Positions 49,101-62,774 of a DNA stretch of 64,000 nt are shown here, one piece after another (the first letter of the stretch is position 1; the number at the start of each line of letters is the position of its first letter). The notes below the pieces were generated by a model. The model ran no database searches, had not been told where the DNA came from, and saw nothing but the letters and a program-made list of their open reading frames with translations. This DNA comes from Tubiluchus corallicola (taxonomy: Eukaryota > Animalia > Priapulida), in assembly GCA_030141605.1 (NCBI GenBank), contig JAQGDQ010000017.1:1-64000 (forward strand), written 5' to 3'. Position numbers and translations under genes: made by a program.

Positions 49101-52100
49101 CGATTGTATGGTGTAAGTAATTATTATTTTCTCCAACTAATTTGTAATTGAAAAAAATTGTAATAACTACAAATTTGAATTGAGTGGCAAAACTCAGGGA
49201 TAGTTTACATGTATTTTTCGTCTACTTTCATTTGTATACTAGTCCCATTGCGAAGCATTGGATTACATGCTTACTGAGTTTTTTATCCCGGTTTGCATCA
49301 GCTTCGAGGTATGAAATACAGTGCTATTATAACTAAGCAAAAATTTCAGCTTCCTAGCTGCTGTACTAGCCAAGCTACAACCCTTTTTAAAAAAGTAGCT
49401 GCTCTAAAAGCCGAGGTATGGTCACAAACACATGCACATTTTGCTTGAATGTATTTGTAAAATGTACAAACTTTACTATACTTCAGATGATGCCCCTTCC
49501 ATTAGCTGCTTCATGACATTCAACAATTTTTCTACAATTATGCTCTATTGTGATGTCGCAATATTAAAAAGCCGTCCCACACTACCCACTTTTTCCCTCA
49601 CTGCCTACAACATGCCACTCACCACACGACACCATCCACACAATGCCACAAAAACATCAACAACAAAAACATTTTGCACAATGATAAATGCTAATAAATT
49701 CATCTACAGGTGATCAGTAATGTACAAACTTTTACATAATCTTTGCTTTCTGTTCCTGCAATGATGCATGAACATTCTACATAGCCCTCACTTTCTGCTT
49801 CCGAAACATGTTTACAGTTGTCGAGAAATTCAAATTTTTGTCAAGACTTAATATTGAACTATATCTACATTGCTTGCCACGCAGGAACTAAATGGCAGAG
49901 TTTTGTATTACATGAACTACGAGAATAAGAACAAATAGAAGACCTGCTTCACGGTGAAAAAGTCCTGTTTATAGAAGTTACATCGCAAGTAAATGACACA
50001 AAGGTCACACTATTTATGAATGTACAGTTTGGACTGTTAAAAGATTATTACCATGCTCTAAGCAAGCAATGGGACGTCTAGTTGCAGTCACAATACATAA
50101 GTTGGCATAGTCCAACTTGCCTGCCTTTCTTGTCCACACTTCATAACCAGAAACTTCGAGAAATTCCATAATATGGGAGTTTTTAAAATCCCTAAAATGG
50201 TAGGCGTTTCAAGTTGGGATTCTGGATCAGTAGATATCTTTGCAGTGAATCTGCTGTTGTACCTGTCAGCTCATATAGATATCTCAGTTGATTGTCACTT
50301 ACTTTATACCTTCCCATTTTTTAAAACACAATGTAATCGCACCATGAAGGATGCGATCACAAGAGTATAGTTGAATAATTATTGAAGAGTGAAAATGTCA
50401 AAATGGTTTTCCAGCAGATAAAATGATGTAATAAAACAGCAAATGAAGTTTGATAAAGGTCAGAGTGACAGGTGAAAAAGGTCTACCATCAGAGGTAGAG
50501 TGACAGGTAAAAAAAGCTCTGCCACCAGAGGTTCAATTTTTTTGCCAGGCCGACAAAGCTAGTCAGATGACAGAGAGTCTCATTCCTATTATACAGTTTA
50601 GGAACCAATCCTGCTAAATATTAAAGTCCTCTTAAACTCTTACCTCACTTCCTGGACATTTTTTTAAAGACGAACTGTTGCTAAAACTTTTTTGCACATT
50701 TTTGCTATACATTTATTCAGCTACTATATTAATTATCTAGTTAAAATTAAATTAAAATAAATATCTAGTGCTCAATCTATTATTTACCCACATCTTCCGG
50801 AGTCATCAGGCTTATTCCTTTTATTACATGTTTAGGGGTGGTTGCAAAGTGACCGTGTATGGTATTTCACAACGCTGTTTCAATACAGTTGTATTAAATT
50901 GTGCACTGTATATTGTGTTATGTTATAAATATGTGGCATGAGATGAAACAAATAAACTCAAATCAATCAATTGCACTGTATGGGACGGCTTTTACACTCA
51001 CTCATACATTGATATAAGTCACTAAGTAGTAAGCACACACCATCATAGCCCACACAATACGCATTTTTGTTTAGCCATATCTACACCTGAAACTGGAAAC
51101 TGTTCTATCAAGTTTAATTGCAAAACTTCCTGGATTTTGTTCAATCTAGTGTACTGCAGTTACCATTTAATATTTTTTTCTGGGGTGGGGTTGGGGGTGA
51201 AATCTACATTCCTGCAATAATATGCTTGCATTGTGCAACAACTCTCCAGTTTCAATGTTTCTCTTCCAGTGGAATGAAATGTTATCAGGACTGCATTATA
51301 CGTCTTACACTGACATATTACAGATTAATTTTGAAACATTGTATTGTTAAACTGAACATGATATAAAGTGACTGAATAATTTTTGTACTTATGAATTTTT
51401 CAGCCAGAAGTTAAGAATTTACCAGAACCGATCACAACGCAGCATGTTATGCTACACAAGCAAGCCACTACCTTGCACTTCACAGCCTTTCAGTTGAACA
51501 CATTGGATTTCGATAATCCTGAAGGAATTAAAAACTTGATCTGGTAGGTGCATCGATGTTATTCTACTGTTTAAACTACAAAACAATGTGTGCATCAAAT
51601 GTTTGTGAGAAAAGCCCAGATGTGCAAGCATTTACAGGCTCATAAATTGTAGCAGTATTTAAGTCATTAGTGACTCCTTGCAACAGCAGGTAGGCTTTGT
51701 TTGATCATTGGTATTCCGTTTATAAAATTATAAATACTAAATATTATAGTCTGAATAATACTAGTAGTCTGTAACATGTGTTTTTGTTCTTTTTCAGCAG
51801 CTACAACTTTTATACACATAAATGTAATAAGTAGTAGTATTAGTTGTCACTTAACTTTTCCTTTTTTACTCTAGTGTCAACTGGCAATGTGTTTATACTG
51901 TAAAATTAGTAATACCTGCTATTTGCTACTTTGACAATTTGGCTTAAGTGCAATCACCTGCACAACAGTGCGACAGCAGGTGCTGGTTCTTGTGTCGTAA
52001 TGCACGTAGGCGTGCATCACACAAATACATTACTTTGCAAACAAGGCTTTGAAGCTGAATTTGCAAAAGTTTGGCTTGCACTTTTTTGGCTTGCTTTACA

Positions 52101-52394
52101 CTTCATACTGTGACTGAAATGATAGCCTACTTCGAGAGTTGATATTTAAAGCGAATTGTATGCACTGTATGGCTAAATTTTTTGCCTTGCATTCTTAATA
52201 CTGAATTAAGTGAAAGTTACTGTGTAATCAATGTTGGAATATGCCCAAAAGGAGAGATATTAATTTTATACATTGAAATTATTTTCAGGTACGACCATAG
52301 TAACCCACTCTTCTCAGAAGTGACAGAAGGCAAAGTTGTAGATTATAACCCGGAGACATTTCAAAAGTTTCTAGCTTTTTACATGAATAAGTAA
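37151..52394 (+). CDS. MRPL37: Mitochondrial ribosomal protein L37 (mL37), 8 coding exons
   Basis: Phase-consistent exons: 37151-37246 (MKVTVPLCKQHIQRAFKRLW, resembles arthropod mRpL37 N-termini), 44725-44908, 46058-46307, 47373-47491, 48082-48267, 48967-49112 (YPYPHTMY...ARRLYG), 51404-51543 (HFTAFQLNTLDFDNPEGIKNLIW) and 52289-52394 (YNPETFQKFLAFY). AATAAA at 52481. Confidence 0.9.
38165..38930 (-). mobile_element. L2/CR1-group (Crack/Daphne-like) LINE 3' end
   Basis: ORF 38468-38962 contains YNCLVLQYLTYCNILW, HYSTR and GPRLWNNI...SINNFKTNFK. It is followed by a 3' UTR and an AATAAA(TAA)n tail near 38165-38192. Confidence 0.8.
39604..39643. repeat. Perfect 20-bp tandem duplication
   Basis: GGGAATGCTGTGGTTTAATT occurs twice in tandem. 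Confidence 0.9.
39829..40229. mobile_element. Degenerate hAT-like MITE
   Basis: Starts CTGGGCCGGGTTAT and ends ATAATATGACCCTG, with GGGGCCC-rich subterminal motifs. It resembles the element at 22458. Confidence 0.45.
40890..43025 (-). CDS. Ankyrin-repeat cGAS-like receptor (ANK + Mab-21/cGLR nucleotidyltransferase), intronless, 711 aa
   Basis: About 4 ankyrin repeats at ~42470-42884 (TTLQRAAMHGH, TPLHFAAGKGH, TPLHWAAQYGR). NTase signature IGSSSCNLKCGFPDEFDF (42072-42119) and third acid in VSIDISPAI (41751-41753). Mab-21 C-lobe motifs FHLVPK, WCISCAAAE, DSYVSKVAF and CLPSPMLEDVNII. Confidence 0.88.
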   Translation of the reverse strand: MLLQLVLEDHDRHREGAKHLICRIPSEPNTETLQLHRAEEHENGYSTELNNLFKAVDECDELQVSAFVAMGIDLNAPKFGITTLQRAAMHGHTKVCKILLDGGAEVNKSCMNNITPLHFAAGKGHTDTVNLLLCHGADINAQDSHLGRTPLHWAAQYGRSNTVLYLLLKSCDTSVKNKNGQTAYSMCLDMGNSKADTTPYRKSLGSFLSYQYFRDLQCQHLSDWESQYLPVTDESLTNIRQLVKDNTKHNLFEKLLHMPGMGKLQHSSDIEKIHSKVHNLAARICEKVKEIDESLACECIMIGSSSCNLKCGFPDEFDFFFVLTVFSANCESYEIQENGTVKVKLQENVLTSWSDFATNERYLKVTVKEAFTEILCQAAASVLREEVPGIIPNTNSAIVQWNKICTCFKLKIETEEYGMLPVSIDISPAIEICTKPPNATSLYPTGFDYFHLVPKPSSSHRKDTNLLWCISCAAAETQLIKSLSKERKMVAILAKILLDYRLYSQNVPPAQLITSIKAKMRDEVFSTDALLRAEGISVTDLYIKLKYMADMLIDSYVSKVAFLNEIEQYKYDADWTADKFQERLISMFEYIVSCCSNGCLPSPMLEDVNIIQHAKHSDLQMLPTLYAKYLCAYGILNHLKTGNIPTNNGILEPESNTIWSAMQPKLYAKHNNDASKVEEIHRKFLKVWDAVEKLDRDMQCAYFIENLQSLG
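43240..43370 (-). promoter_or_regulatory. Candidate promoter of the ANK-cGLR gene
   Basis: CpG-enriched patch 230-340 bp upstream of the ATG with E-box CACGTG (43259-43264), TTC-N4-GAA STAT-type site (43283-43292), a TGACG half-CRE and AP-1 TGAGTCA (43358-43364). Confidence 0.4.
44121..44278. mobile_element. Small MITE-like element
   Basis: Imperfect TIRs CAGTGGTGCAAAAA / TTTTTGCAACACTA. Confidence 0.45.
47685..47745. repeat. (CTCTT)n pyrimidine microsatellite
   Basis: Directly visible; it accounts for the spurious F/S/L-rich ORFs at 47571 and 47633. Confidence 0.9.
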
Positions 52395-53690
52395 ACATTC
52401 TGTATATAAATACTTGTGTCTGTAGATAGATAGTTTATTAGACACAGCCGCTTCTTACAAATGAGTGTTAATTTATAGAGAATAAATTTATACAACATTT
52501 GAAAATTTAATTTTGTGTTTCGTTATTAATACACAACAATTGATACACCAATGACAATAATATTGATGTTATTGTTATTGAACAGACAGAAAAAATATTG
52601 ATTATATATGCAATCCCATTAGACAAAAATTCAATGAAAATTGTCAGGAGAGCCAAGCCAATAAGTACTGTCATTTAGCTTGAATACTACTACTACAGCA
52701 TTAATTATTATAAGCTTAATGTCACGATTATTATTAATGCTAGTACAAAACTACAATAATTAATTAAACTTAGATACCAAATTTGAAAGAAAGGAAATGC
52801 GAGAAAGGGGATACAGCCTGGATTTGAACCAGGGACCTTCCACCAAAACAGTCTGATAACCAAAAACAGTCTGACAAAAATTTTTTCCTGGACATAGAAA
52901 TTTTAGATAACTTTACAAAGGCATTACATAAGTTTATGCAACAATAATTCCTTAACAACACTAAAGTTTGCAAATAGTCAAAATAATTGCAATGCTCTAA
53001 TTGAAAAAATGCTTATTACCACAATAACTTTAGCAAATTTTGTTGCCATAATCATTAAAAGTCATTAATTTCACTTTCAAATGCAGTAACATGCAAAAGC
53101 TATATTTGTGTGGAAAAAACAGCAGAACAACAGAAACTGTTTTTGCTCTGTGTATTGAAAACTAACAAACAGGTAAACACTGAACTCTTTGTGCTCCAGT
53201 TTGGTATAAGAGCATCACTTTATTTTTACTCGCATATTTCAGACAGGGCCTGAATTTATGAACAATTTCCACGAGTAGTTAGTGTGATTCTTGCTCTTAC
53301 AATTTCTTGCAGAAAAATTAGAATTATTAGAATTAATTGCAATTATATTGATTCGTCATCTAACACTTCAAATCGGTAATAAAGAAAAAGCAACTCTAAT
53401 ACAATGTGGTTAAGAAGTTGAATTTCCAAACTGCTAGCAGAAATTTGACGCAAATGCATCGCAATATACACTGCAAGTTTTTCTGTCATCATTTGCGGTG
53501 GCTTTGAAAAAAAATCACTTTTTGTTAATTAGGTGGTAACTTCATCTACCACTGAATTGACTTTAAAACTGCACAGCAAATGCACAACATCACGACAAGC
53601 AATCGTCTTCATCTGTAGAATGTGTACGATAATCAAACTGCACATGTTGGCTGCAAGTGATGTTATACGTGTGCAAAATTTTAAATCAAA

Positions 53691-56600
53691 TCACAGCTGA
53701 ACGTGGGGCATGTTCACCAATGTATATGCAGCTTCCGTTTCAGAATCTATACAAGCTTGGCGGGTCTCATTACTAGCGAGTGTCACTGCGTTAGACAAGG
53801 TTGTATACTGTGGTAGTCGATGGTGAATACTGATGCTCGCCAGTGAGGGCAATGCTGACTGCAGACTAACAATAGGCATTAAGTTGGACATTATCACGGT
53901 TGACGTGCCCACATCCTCTGTGTGAAGAGATTCGAGAGTGCCTCCCAGAGGAGTAACCGTTGCAGCCTGTTGCATGTTGCACAGTGTAGAACTGCTGTCA
54001 AGCAACACGTCATTTCCTTGTGCCATTTCGTGAGGATGATCATATGGTGAAGCTTGCAAATTATCAGCAGAAACAGTCACCATGGAAATGCTTTGAGCTG
54101 TAGAGTCTGTATTAGCCTGAAAGAAAATTACATTTATTATTCAATTTACAAGATTTAATTGCTTTTCGTGATTTATTTTGCTATTATAAAATGTGGAAAA
54201 CCAAATGACAAATGAGATGCAACTAGATTTTTAATTAATAAAACTACATTATGAACTGAAGCAGATATGTTAGAACTGTTTTAGGATAATGCATTTTGTA
54301 TTGGTCGTGAACATTTTATTTCTGCTTCTGTACTTTTGAAATTGTTATTTTCATTATTCTAACTTGATCTTTAATACAACATAACCAAAAAGTGACCTTT
54401 TTAAGAATTTTAAGGTTTATGTGTCTTTTATGCAAGTAACATAGCAACAAGATGTGATTACAGTAAATACATCAAATTTTAGTATGCATAGCATTCATAT
54501 TTCTAGAATTACGTAAGACTTACTGGAGACATGTCTGCTTGTACTATACTTGTAGCATTGGTTTCTGCTGTCTCATTAAGCGAGGCTGGCTCAGCATCTG
54601 TGTTAATTAACATTTGCTGTAATTCGACACTCTCATAACGAACTGTTTGCAATCGTAGATACCCGTCACTCTGTAGGTGATACCTGCGAGAACACAAATA
54701 AAAATGTGGTAATTAGTCATCACTCTGTAAGGGTTGTCTACAACAACTAAAAACATATATTTGTTCATCGCTGTTTAAATGACTTGCACGATTCCCACAA
54801 AAACATCCATCAACTCTCTGGGTAAAATTTATGGTGCGTAAAAATAAAAATCTATTATAATTATAATAATAATAATAACAAAAAAATAATAATTTATCAA
54901 CCAGCACGTGACAATAACAATACAATCACTTAAATTGCAAGAAATATCATTGATAAATATGGGCAAAATGTGTTAAATGCCCACCACAATTTAATGCAAT
55001 TCCCATAAAAACAAAAAAATGCACAGGAAATACAAGTCACTTTCTAGGCGACATATGTGGTACAAAAATGTGCTTACTCAGTCAGTGATATCTAAGATGC
55101 ACATAAATAAAAATGTGCAAATTACTCGTAGGTAATATCTATAACGGATGCAAATAAAAATGTGTTAAGTGTCCCTGATTATTTACATATCTATATTTTT
55201 TTTAAATTTTGGGGTTACGGCCAGAAATGCAGCACTCAGTGAAAGAGTCCAATTAATGGGGATGGTTGCTGAGAGACTGGTACCTAGCTCATTATCAGGG
55301 ATAATGTTCTGCAATAAGTCTTAAAACAAAAGTGTAATTGGATGCATGTACATCCTTCTTTAGTTACAATACCTACAAACAGTGATTTGACAAATGCATC
55401 CAATAAATCCATTTTCTAAAATCCACCACCCAATAGACAATACCCTATCACAATCATACACGAAAATGAGCTAACATCCATCTCTTTTCGCGTTATTACG
55501 CAAGAACACACCAACAATTCACATGACAGAATCTGAGTGCAGAATCATTATACCTTGCGACAGTGCATGCAAAAATATTAAGTGTAGTGTTTTGACTGGT
55601 GTACAATGTGCAGTGTCCACCATTTTAAAATCAAAGAATTATTTTTAAATTTTTAACGATTTTACCAGTTATGGATTCTAGATTAAATGGAGAACAACGC
55701 AACTAGTACCGAAATCTAGAGTGTCCAGGCGGCCAATGATAATTGTGCTTTTTCTTCAAATGCTCTGTCAGGATTTGTCCTCTAGTAAAAACTTTGCTGC
55801 ACATATGGCAGGCATACTTGGCTGCATTTTCTCTCTATAAAAGGAGAAGTAAAGATCTTTTCTGAAGTTAAAGCACCATTCAAAACATGTCAGTAAACTG
55901 TGTAGTATACTTGTGCATGACACGAGTGGTTTTGTGAAGTTTTGCCGCATTTCTACAAATATGGTCAAACCTTTTTATACTGCCTACTTTGGGACTGCAA
56001 AAATTTAGTGCGTATGACATTATAATGAGGTGAATTAATGTGCAAACACAGACATTTTGTTTTACTAACAATTTGGGAGTTATTCGAGGTTGGCATCATA
56101 AAGGGGGGCGTTATAACAAGGTGTGACTGCATTTGTCCACAAGAAGGTCTGTACAAAGGAAACAACGTTGACAGTTTCTTATTACACAAGTTTAGACACT
56201 CTTACAAACAAACAATTTACTGATCTGGCAATAATATAGAGAAACCACTAAGTGAATAGGAAAAAATACATTTACTGTCCATGTGATTCCACAAAGAGTA
56301 AATGGCTTGAGGTTTGAGGAGGTTTTTCAAATCAAAATGTGCATGCCAAACAAAGCATTAAAACACTTTCTGACAGATCCGAGAGGTCCACCCTATTCTT
56401 GTTTTAATGCAACAGCAAACAAAAGAAGCAAACCTGGTGCACTTTACGAAAATGAGAAGTGAGAGTCTGTGCGTTTCTGCAGCTAAATTTACAACCCGGT
56501 TCTTCACATTGGTATGGGTTCTCTTCTGAGTGAGTTGTTAGATGCCTTCCTAAGTCATACTGCGACTTAAACCTAAACAATAAAGACAAAACCATGACTT

Positions 56601-59600
56601 ATACATGTCAAACTAAATTAGTAATTTTGGCTTTGACTAGAAGATAATGTAGAATCAATTGAAATTTTATTGCAACTTTCAGACAATCTGGCTGGCGAGT
56701 ATTCCAAACTTGAAGAAATAATTTAAACTCATCAAACTAAATGATGATAGCAGGGAACCATGGACCTTTAATGATATCTAACTTTTTGCTCACTGTTGGA
56801 CGAACTAACTAACCATTATTGATTCAAGCCCTGATCCCTGATGCTTTCCTGGCATGAGAACCTCACATTAAAGGAGTGTAACTTATTTCACAGGAAAAGT
56901 GAACAAAAAAGGCCAATTTTTGCAATTTCATGTGGTATTCAGGTTGCATTCTACATTCATAGGACTAGTTCATAGGGTTGTGAGATGCCATAACTGAAAG
57001 ATTGCTAAACATGTTGCTGAAATGACAGTTATGAATGGTGAACGAAAAGAAGCACGATCACAAATTATACATCCCTTGCCGTATTTTTAATTCAAAATTG
57101 TAAAATTGGCTGAGATAGGCATTAAACTACTCTTACTTCAATTATGTTACCTAACTAATCTTCTAATACATGACAAACTCCACAAACCATAAAAAAATTA
57201 TGTAAAATTTTTACCTAACTTCACAATAGTTACAACTGAAAGGTTTCTCCTCACAGTGTCTATATCTGACGTGCTTCCTTACAGTAGCCGGTGCGGGGAA
57301 CGTCATATCACAATATGGACACTTATAATAATTCACTGAAAGAGAAAAAATAACAGAATTTCAAATGATTTTCCTTTCCATCCAATCAAGTATATCCTTT
57401 CAAGTACATTCAATATTTGATTTTCAAAAAAGCAGGCATTTCACAATAACCATCATGCAGTGACCAGTTGAAATCTTTAATATTCCTGACTTATACTATT
57501 TTGAAACTAGCAAATAGATGATCAAACTAAGCATTGTTGTTTAGATTAATGGTCACAGAAACAGATTAGCAAAGACTTCTTTATTTTGCTAAACAAAACA
57601 ACCGATCCCCTTCAAAGACGACAATTACTAATTTATTTTCATTTGCAGTAACATTTAATCAAATCAAGATAAATAAAGTTATTTAGTTAGACATTAATTT
57701 GTCTTTAATTGCTCTTCCAGTGTTATACCAAGGAATCTTTATTGCATCATTAAGTTTGCTGTTTATCATTCGAATATAATTTTGTACGGAAAGATTTCTG
57801 TGACATACTTTACAATTGCTATTTTCCCTTTTAAAATGTCAGAGTCCTCATTGAGAACACACATCAGATGAGACGTGAACAAGCAACAGGCACTAATTCC
57901 TTGAATATAAAACAGTTGAAATTTTGTAAACTTGCAGTCTGAAATTTGATTTAGTTTGCTGCCTTGGCCAAGTTAAAAAATATAAATCTACCATGTTGTC
58001 TCATGTGGTCCTTTAAAATCCTTTTAGATCCAAACAGCTTAGAGCAATGAGAACATTGGAAGGTCATAGCTGAAAACAAAATTTGGCAGATAAAATGAAA
58101 AGCAGAGATTAAGACACTGACATTTTCAAAATAAAAAAAGATAGTTACAATGCAATGGATGGAATTTACAGTCAGTGCGAACACGCGATTCAGAAAATCT
58201 CGACAAAATGCACTACCAAATCAGCAGGGGAATTTTCGTGAATCTCTACTCGTTCAATAAATGCGATTCTGCAAATTCTGCACTGCAATGTCATTTAAAA
58301 AAATCAGTTTAATATATACAAAAAAGCCTTTATCTTAAAAACCAAATAAATGTAGAATAAACTGCTTGCTGAAATCGTATATATTAATTTTGCTGGTATA
58401 TATATATATATATATAAGATTCGAGGCTACAGCTTCGATGGCGGCTCCATTTGCAGAGATCTATATACCACATGAAAGGTCTCAATCTGGTCTCATTGGG
58501 GGTTTGCTTTTCGAATCGGGACCACCGGGAAGAACAGGGGGCGGGCGAAAGACCTCCAAAAATGACCATTTTTCGGCCGTTTTTTGCAAAACTTATACCT
58601 CTTATTTCTAAAGAACGGGAAAGGGCCATTGGTGGTGCTGGCTGTGGATAGATAGCCCGTTCAGTGGTGGGTGTAGTAGGCATATTTAGAATTTGCGAGA
58701 GGGCCACAGCATCCCGTAACGGACGTGTTCCCGAACCCAACTCCAGATTTTTTCGAAATTTTGATCAAACAGCCAGCAGGAAAAACGTTCTAGCGGCGCC
58801 TGGTGGGACTCTCGAAAGGAGATATATATAGCTCCTTAGAAAGAGGAAGAAAAGGGCTACACGATGATGTGGGCTATATTTTAGTAAACATCCACCAAGA
58901 GGAGTGCCGACGAGTTAATCAGATGTTCTATTTTTGGCAATTTTCGCTTGGAAAACTGCTGAAGCAAAGTCATTGTTTTGATGTAATCCATTAAACTCTG
59001 TCTGTAACCTTATAACTTTAATTCAGTAAAAGCTGCAACTTTTTCGAAATTTTGTGATTTACACAGCTTTCTTATTATCAGATAACATCAGGTTAATACA
59101 TAACTACATTGCCATTTCTTAACTAACGTTGTGAAAAACTGTTTATTTATATACTTACAGCTAGGACTTTTAAAACGCTTAAGATGGTCAACCAATCTTG
59201 TGGTACTTGAGAAAAGAAGTCCACAGGAAGGACAAGCGGTAGGCTTTTCTTGAGTATGACCTCGCAAGTGATCCTTCAATTTGTGCTTACTCCTGAATGT
59301 TGAATCGCACTCTAAAAAGCAAGAACACGACAAGATTAGACAAAACACTTTATTAAAAGGCACATTCAGATAATTGGCACTTTCCAATAATAACAAGGTT
59401 TAAGTAATCAATAGGTTATGAAACTAAACCTCTCTTATGATATTATTTATCAATTTATTGGAAAGAAATTCTAATGAATTGCCATTGGATGCCGATCAGA
59501 ACACACGATCAACAATGTCAATGCAACGTACATATACTATTGGCAATCCAGGTTGAAAGTACTGCGTTGTTCTGTAAGTTTAATGAATAACCACAATGGG

Positions 59601-62497
59601 TGCTAACTGTGAGACTTATACGCAACAGAATATTGCTACAGAAGTTACTATATTTTGATAATAGTAAAAATATGTGAAAATATCATGATGTAATTAAATT
59701 GGAAAAATATAAGAATTCTTCAATGTTCAGATTTTGAAAAATTGAGAAATTTCTTGCCGAGACAAGTGTTAAAAACTATGTCAATATTCTACACACTAAT
59801 TTGCTAAATTATATCATTTAGTAACTATTGGGTTACATTTAAGAGTTCTTACGACTAGAAATGCTATTCTACAAACTGTGGACGGTATAAAATCTGAGCA
59901 ATAATTACAAGCACTAACCTCAAATTAAATAAACATACAAATGAGTGCAAAGTTCCTAGGTAGGCAACAATAAAACATGATGTAAAAATCATCATCCTAA
60001 CACCTAGTTGAAAAGATTTACTTTTTTAAAGTACACTGCTCAAATTATAGACATACAATAGAGCATCTACTTACGTTCCCATTCACAAGGTACTGGTGTC
60101 GTGAGGTTATTGCCTCCAGGAATGTTATCTGCATGTTGAGAAACATGTTGGTAAAACACTTCCGGATTGTCATACGCAACCTGAGAGTTGAAAAGAGCCT
60201 TCAATTTAAAGTGATAATCTGAATAGCTTGGCCATAGAGAGTTTGAGATACATAAAATCATAAATCCTCAACAATTACACTTGGTACTAGTGAATATGGG
60301 CCACAAATCATACAAGTGCTTGCTCGTACAGACATCAGTACTGAAATTCAAGAACGACATGCAAATTATGGGCAGCAGATACCATATAAAACTGTAAATA
60401 TGCCCGTGAAACTTGGATTTCTATGACAAAAACTGGGTGCCGATATAAAAACCTTTCAGATCCATCAGAAGTGCCAGCTTAGTCCCTGAATGATATTAAG
60501 CAAGTCTTATTCCTTTTACAATGCAATAAGGGATTAATTAAAATTGTTAATGTATTAGTTATGTTACCTGGCAGTGCTTTATTTCAAATACGATAGGCGC
60601 CGCTTAATAGACTCACTTTGGGACAGTAGTGTTCTGATCCAATTAACCGATTGAATCTATTAACCGACAGATGTAGTATTACTAGCATAGAAGTATGAAT
60701 CGTCAGCTTAGTGTAGACTGCAAAGGCTTTTGATAAATTTTAGAAATGCAGTAATGCCTAAATTCCTACGCAATTATTTAAAAGTGTTGATTTATAAAGT
60801 GAATTAATAAAAAAGAGATTAAAAAAGTTTACTTTTCTAAATCACATATTAGATTCTATTAACCGTGAGTCTAATAAACGGCACCTACTGTATAATATGT
60901 TTTAAGCAAAAAGTTTCACTGAACATTTTGCAACGACTAGTAGTAGCAAAACAGTGTTTTAGATTACATAAATGGGTCGTTGTTCAGTTTGGTTTGTGCA
61001 AACTAAATTACAGTTTTCCAGTACATTACTGAACAAAAATCATGTGTTATACAACAGTTTTGGTTAAAACACTTCAGCAAACAGACAGAATTGGTTTCTT
61101 AGTGTTCTAGTGTATTATTATGAAAAATAAATTTGTGTCTCAGTGGAATGGGTTATATAACCTTAAGTTCAGATCATTACAAAAAATATAAAAATCGGTA
61201 AAAAATCAACAAGAATTGGTCACATTATAAAAGTTCTTGACCGACATTCACAGCTCAACAATTTGCACAACTTACACCGCAATGCATGATTCCACAGGTT
61301 AAGCTGTCCGGTAACTCAGGAATCATATTTCGACCGCTTTCATTGCCACATGTGTCCAAGCCATGACGAGCCATTATATTTGCACCAATGCACTTTACTT
61401 TAGTGTGGTAAGCATGGAAGTACACATGTCGAATAAACTCTGGGTAGTTATCAATAACTGAACCACAGTCGCACCAGTCACATTTGAAATCTGCAATGAT
61501 AACATGAAATTTAGCAAACACTATCATAATTAAAAGAGGTTGAAGAAGCTTGTGCTTTTCAAAGTCGCATGAGCAAAGTCAAAGTTAGTGTTATGGCGGA
61601 AATGTATCTTCAAGCCCAGCTTCATTATGAATGAAGCCAAGAAATGTAATAAAGCTAGCATCAAAATTCTAGCTACACAAAACACTTTTAATTGAAAATA
61701 ACAAAGTTTGTAAAACCCTAAATTCCACTTTTAAGCTTCTTAGTGTTTTCAAAACAGGTCACACACTTCGTCATGCTCATTGAAAAATTGAAAAAAGCAA
61801 AACGCGAAAAGGGCACCACAACGAGTGTGCTTAGTGCAGTGGCAATAAGGATTACAGCAGTTCCTGCAGCACATATGGCGAATCTAGCAGTTGCAGAGGT
61901 CTGATATTTTACACGACAACAAATAATCACCATATTGTACATATTATACACCTGGCATCACTAGACTATTCCACAAAACAATATTACAACTCTAGGTGGT
62001 TGCAAAGCACAAGAGCTTAAAGCTAGCGGATGTACAGAACAGAACACACACTGTACTTCGAAAAATTTGGAAGAGGCAGCAGATTTGTAAAATGATTTGT
62101 GAAACATTTGAATTAGACTTTTTGTCATTTAATTAAAATCGCACTTAAGATGAATTGCATTTTTATGCTGTCAGTTATTTTTGTTACAAAATTATTTATG
62201 CAAAATTGATATAGACATTTGTACCATACCATTAAATATGCAACATAACATGAACAGCTAAAAATAACAAAATGCATACATACCTTTGTCAACTTTCCCA
62301 AACAGGCAATCTTCGAGATGTGTTCCGCAATGCTTCACAAACTCCATCATATCAAAATAGAGATCACTGCAGTTTCCCCATTCACACTGAAGTGAAAGCT
62401 TCTCCAGCCTTTTTGGTACAACTTTAGTTATGTCCCTCTCAAGGCACCTCTTTTTATTTGGAGGTGCAGTACTTTCTCCACAATCTGAAGTTTCCAT
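53691..62497 (-). CDS. HINFP: Histone H4 transcription factor (C2H2 zinc-finger), 10 coding exons
   Basis: Phase-consistent exons: 62497-62284 (LQCEWGNC), 61490-61276 (FIRHVYFHAYHTKVK...RNMIPELP), 60180-60075, 59311-59159 (LRGHTQEK...CPSCG), 58069-57992, 57335-57215 (HVRYRH..EKPF), 56572-56434, 55834-55710 (HWPPGHSRFR), 54683-54524 (DGYLRLQTVRYESVE) and 54116-53691. Confidence 0.93.
55962..56129. mobile_element. Tc1/pogo-type MITE, same family as 13216-13409, opposite orientation
   Basis: GGTCAAACCTTTTTATACTGCCTACTTTGGGACTGCAAA is close to the reverse complement of the right end of the 13216 element. Ends AAGGTGTGACTG. Confidence 0.7.
58415..59000. mobile_element. GC-rich interspersed repeat in a HINFP intron (Helentron-like)
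   Basis: CpG-rich block next to (TA)n. It contains ATACCACATGAAAGGTCTC, close to the reverse complement of the 14.5-15.2 kb repeat core. Confidence 0.4.
60591..60890. mobile_element. pogo/Tigger-type MITE
   Basis: Imperfect TIRs CGATAGGCGCCGCTTAATAGACTCAC / GTGAGTCTAATAAACGGCACCTACTG with TA on both flanks. Confidence 0.75.
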
Positions 62498-62774
62498 CGT
62501 CTTCGGAATCTTAAACGTTGCTATTCAATTTAGCAACAAAAAAGCAGCTAATAAAGGAGAAATATACGTCTAAATACTTATTCGTTCAGAGCTCATGCCA
62601 CAGTTGATAGAAATACACCATGCTTCTATGTCCACAGAATATCTGGAGCTTCAAATATATCTGTCTTTCAAAAAAATTGGAAGGTTTATGTGACAAAGAA
62701 TGCAAAACAGCAAGAAACAAATTTTGTCACACAAATAACATGCTGACCGTTATTTAGACACAAAAACCTAATTG

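Noticed and set aside
50461-50531. ~35-bp imperfect tandem duplication (similar ones at ~38930-38995, ~33716-33751 and ~55060-55165)
   Set aside because: Two-copy local duplications in introns with no further structure.
52805-52845. Minus-strand B-box-like GGTTCAAATCC suggesting a tRNA
   Set aside because: No cloverleaf or A-box is visible; at best a tRNA-derived SINE fragment.
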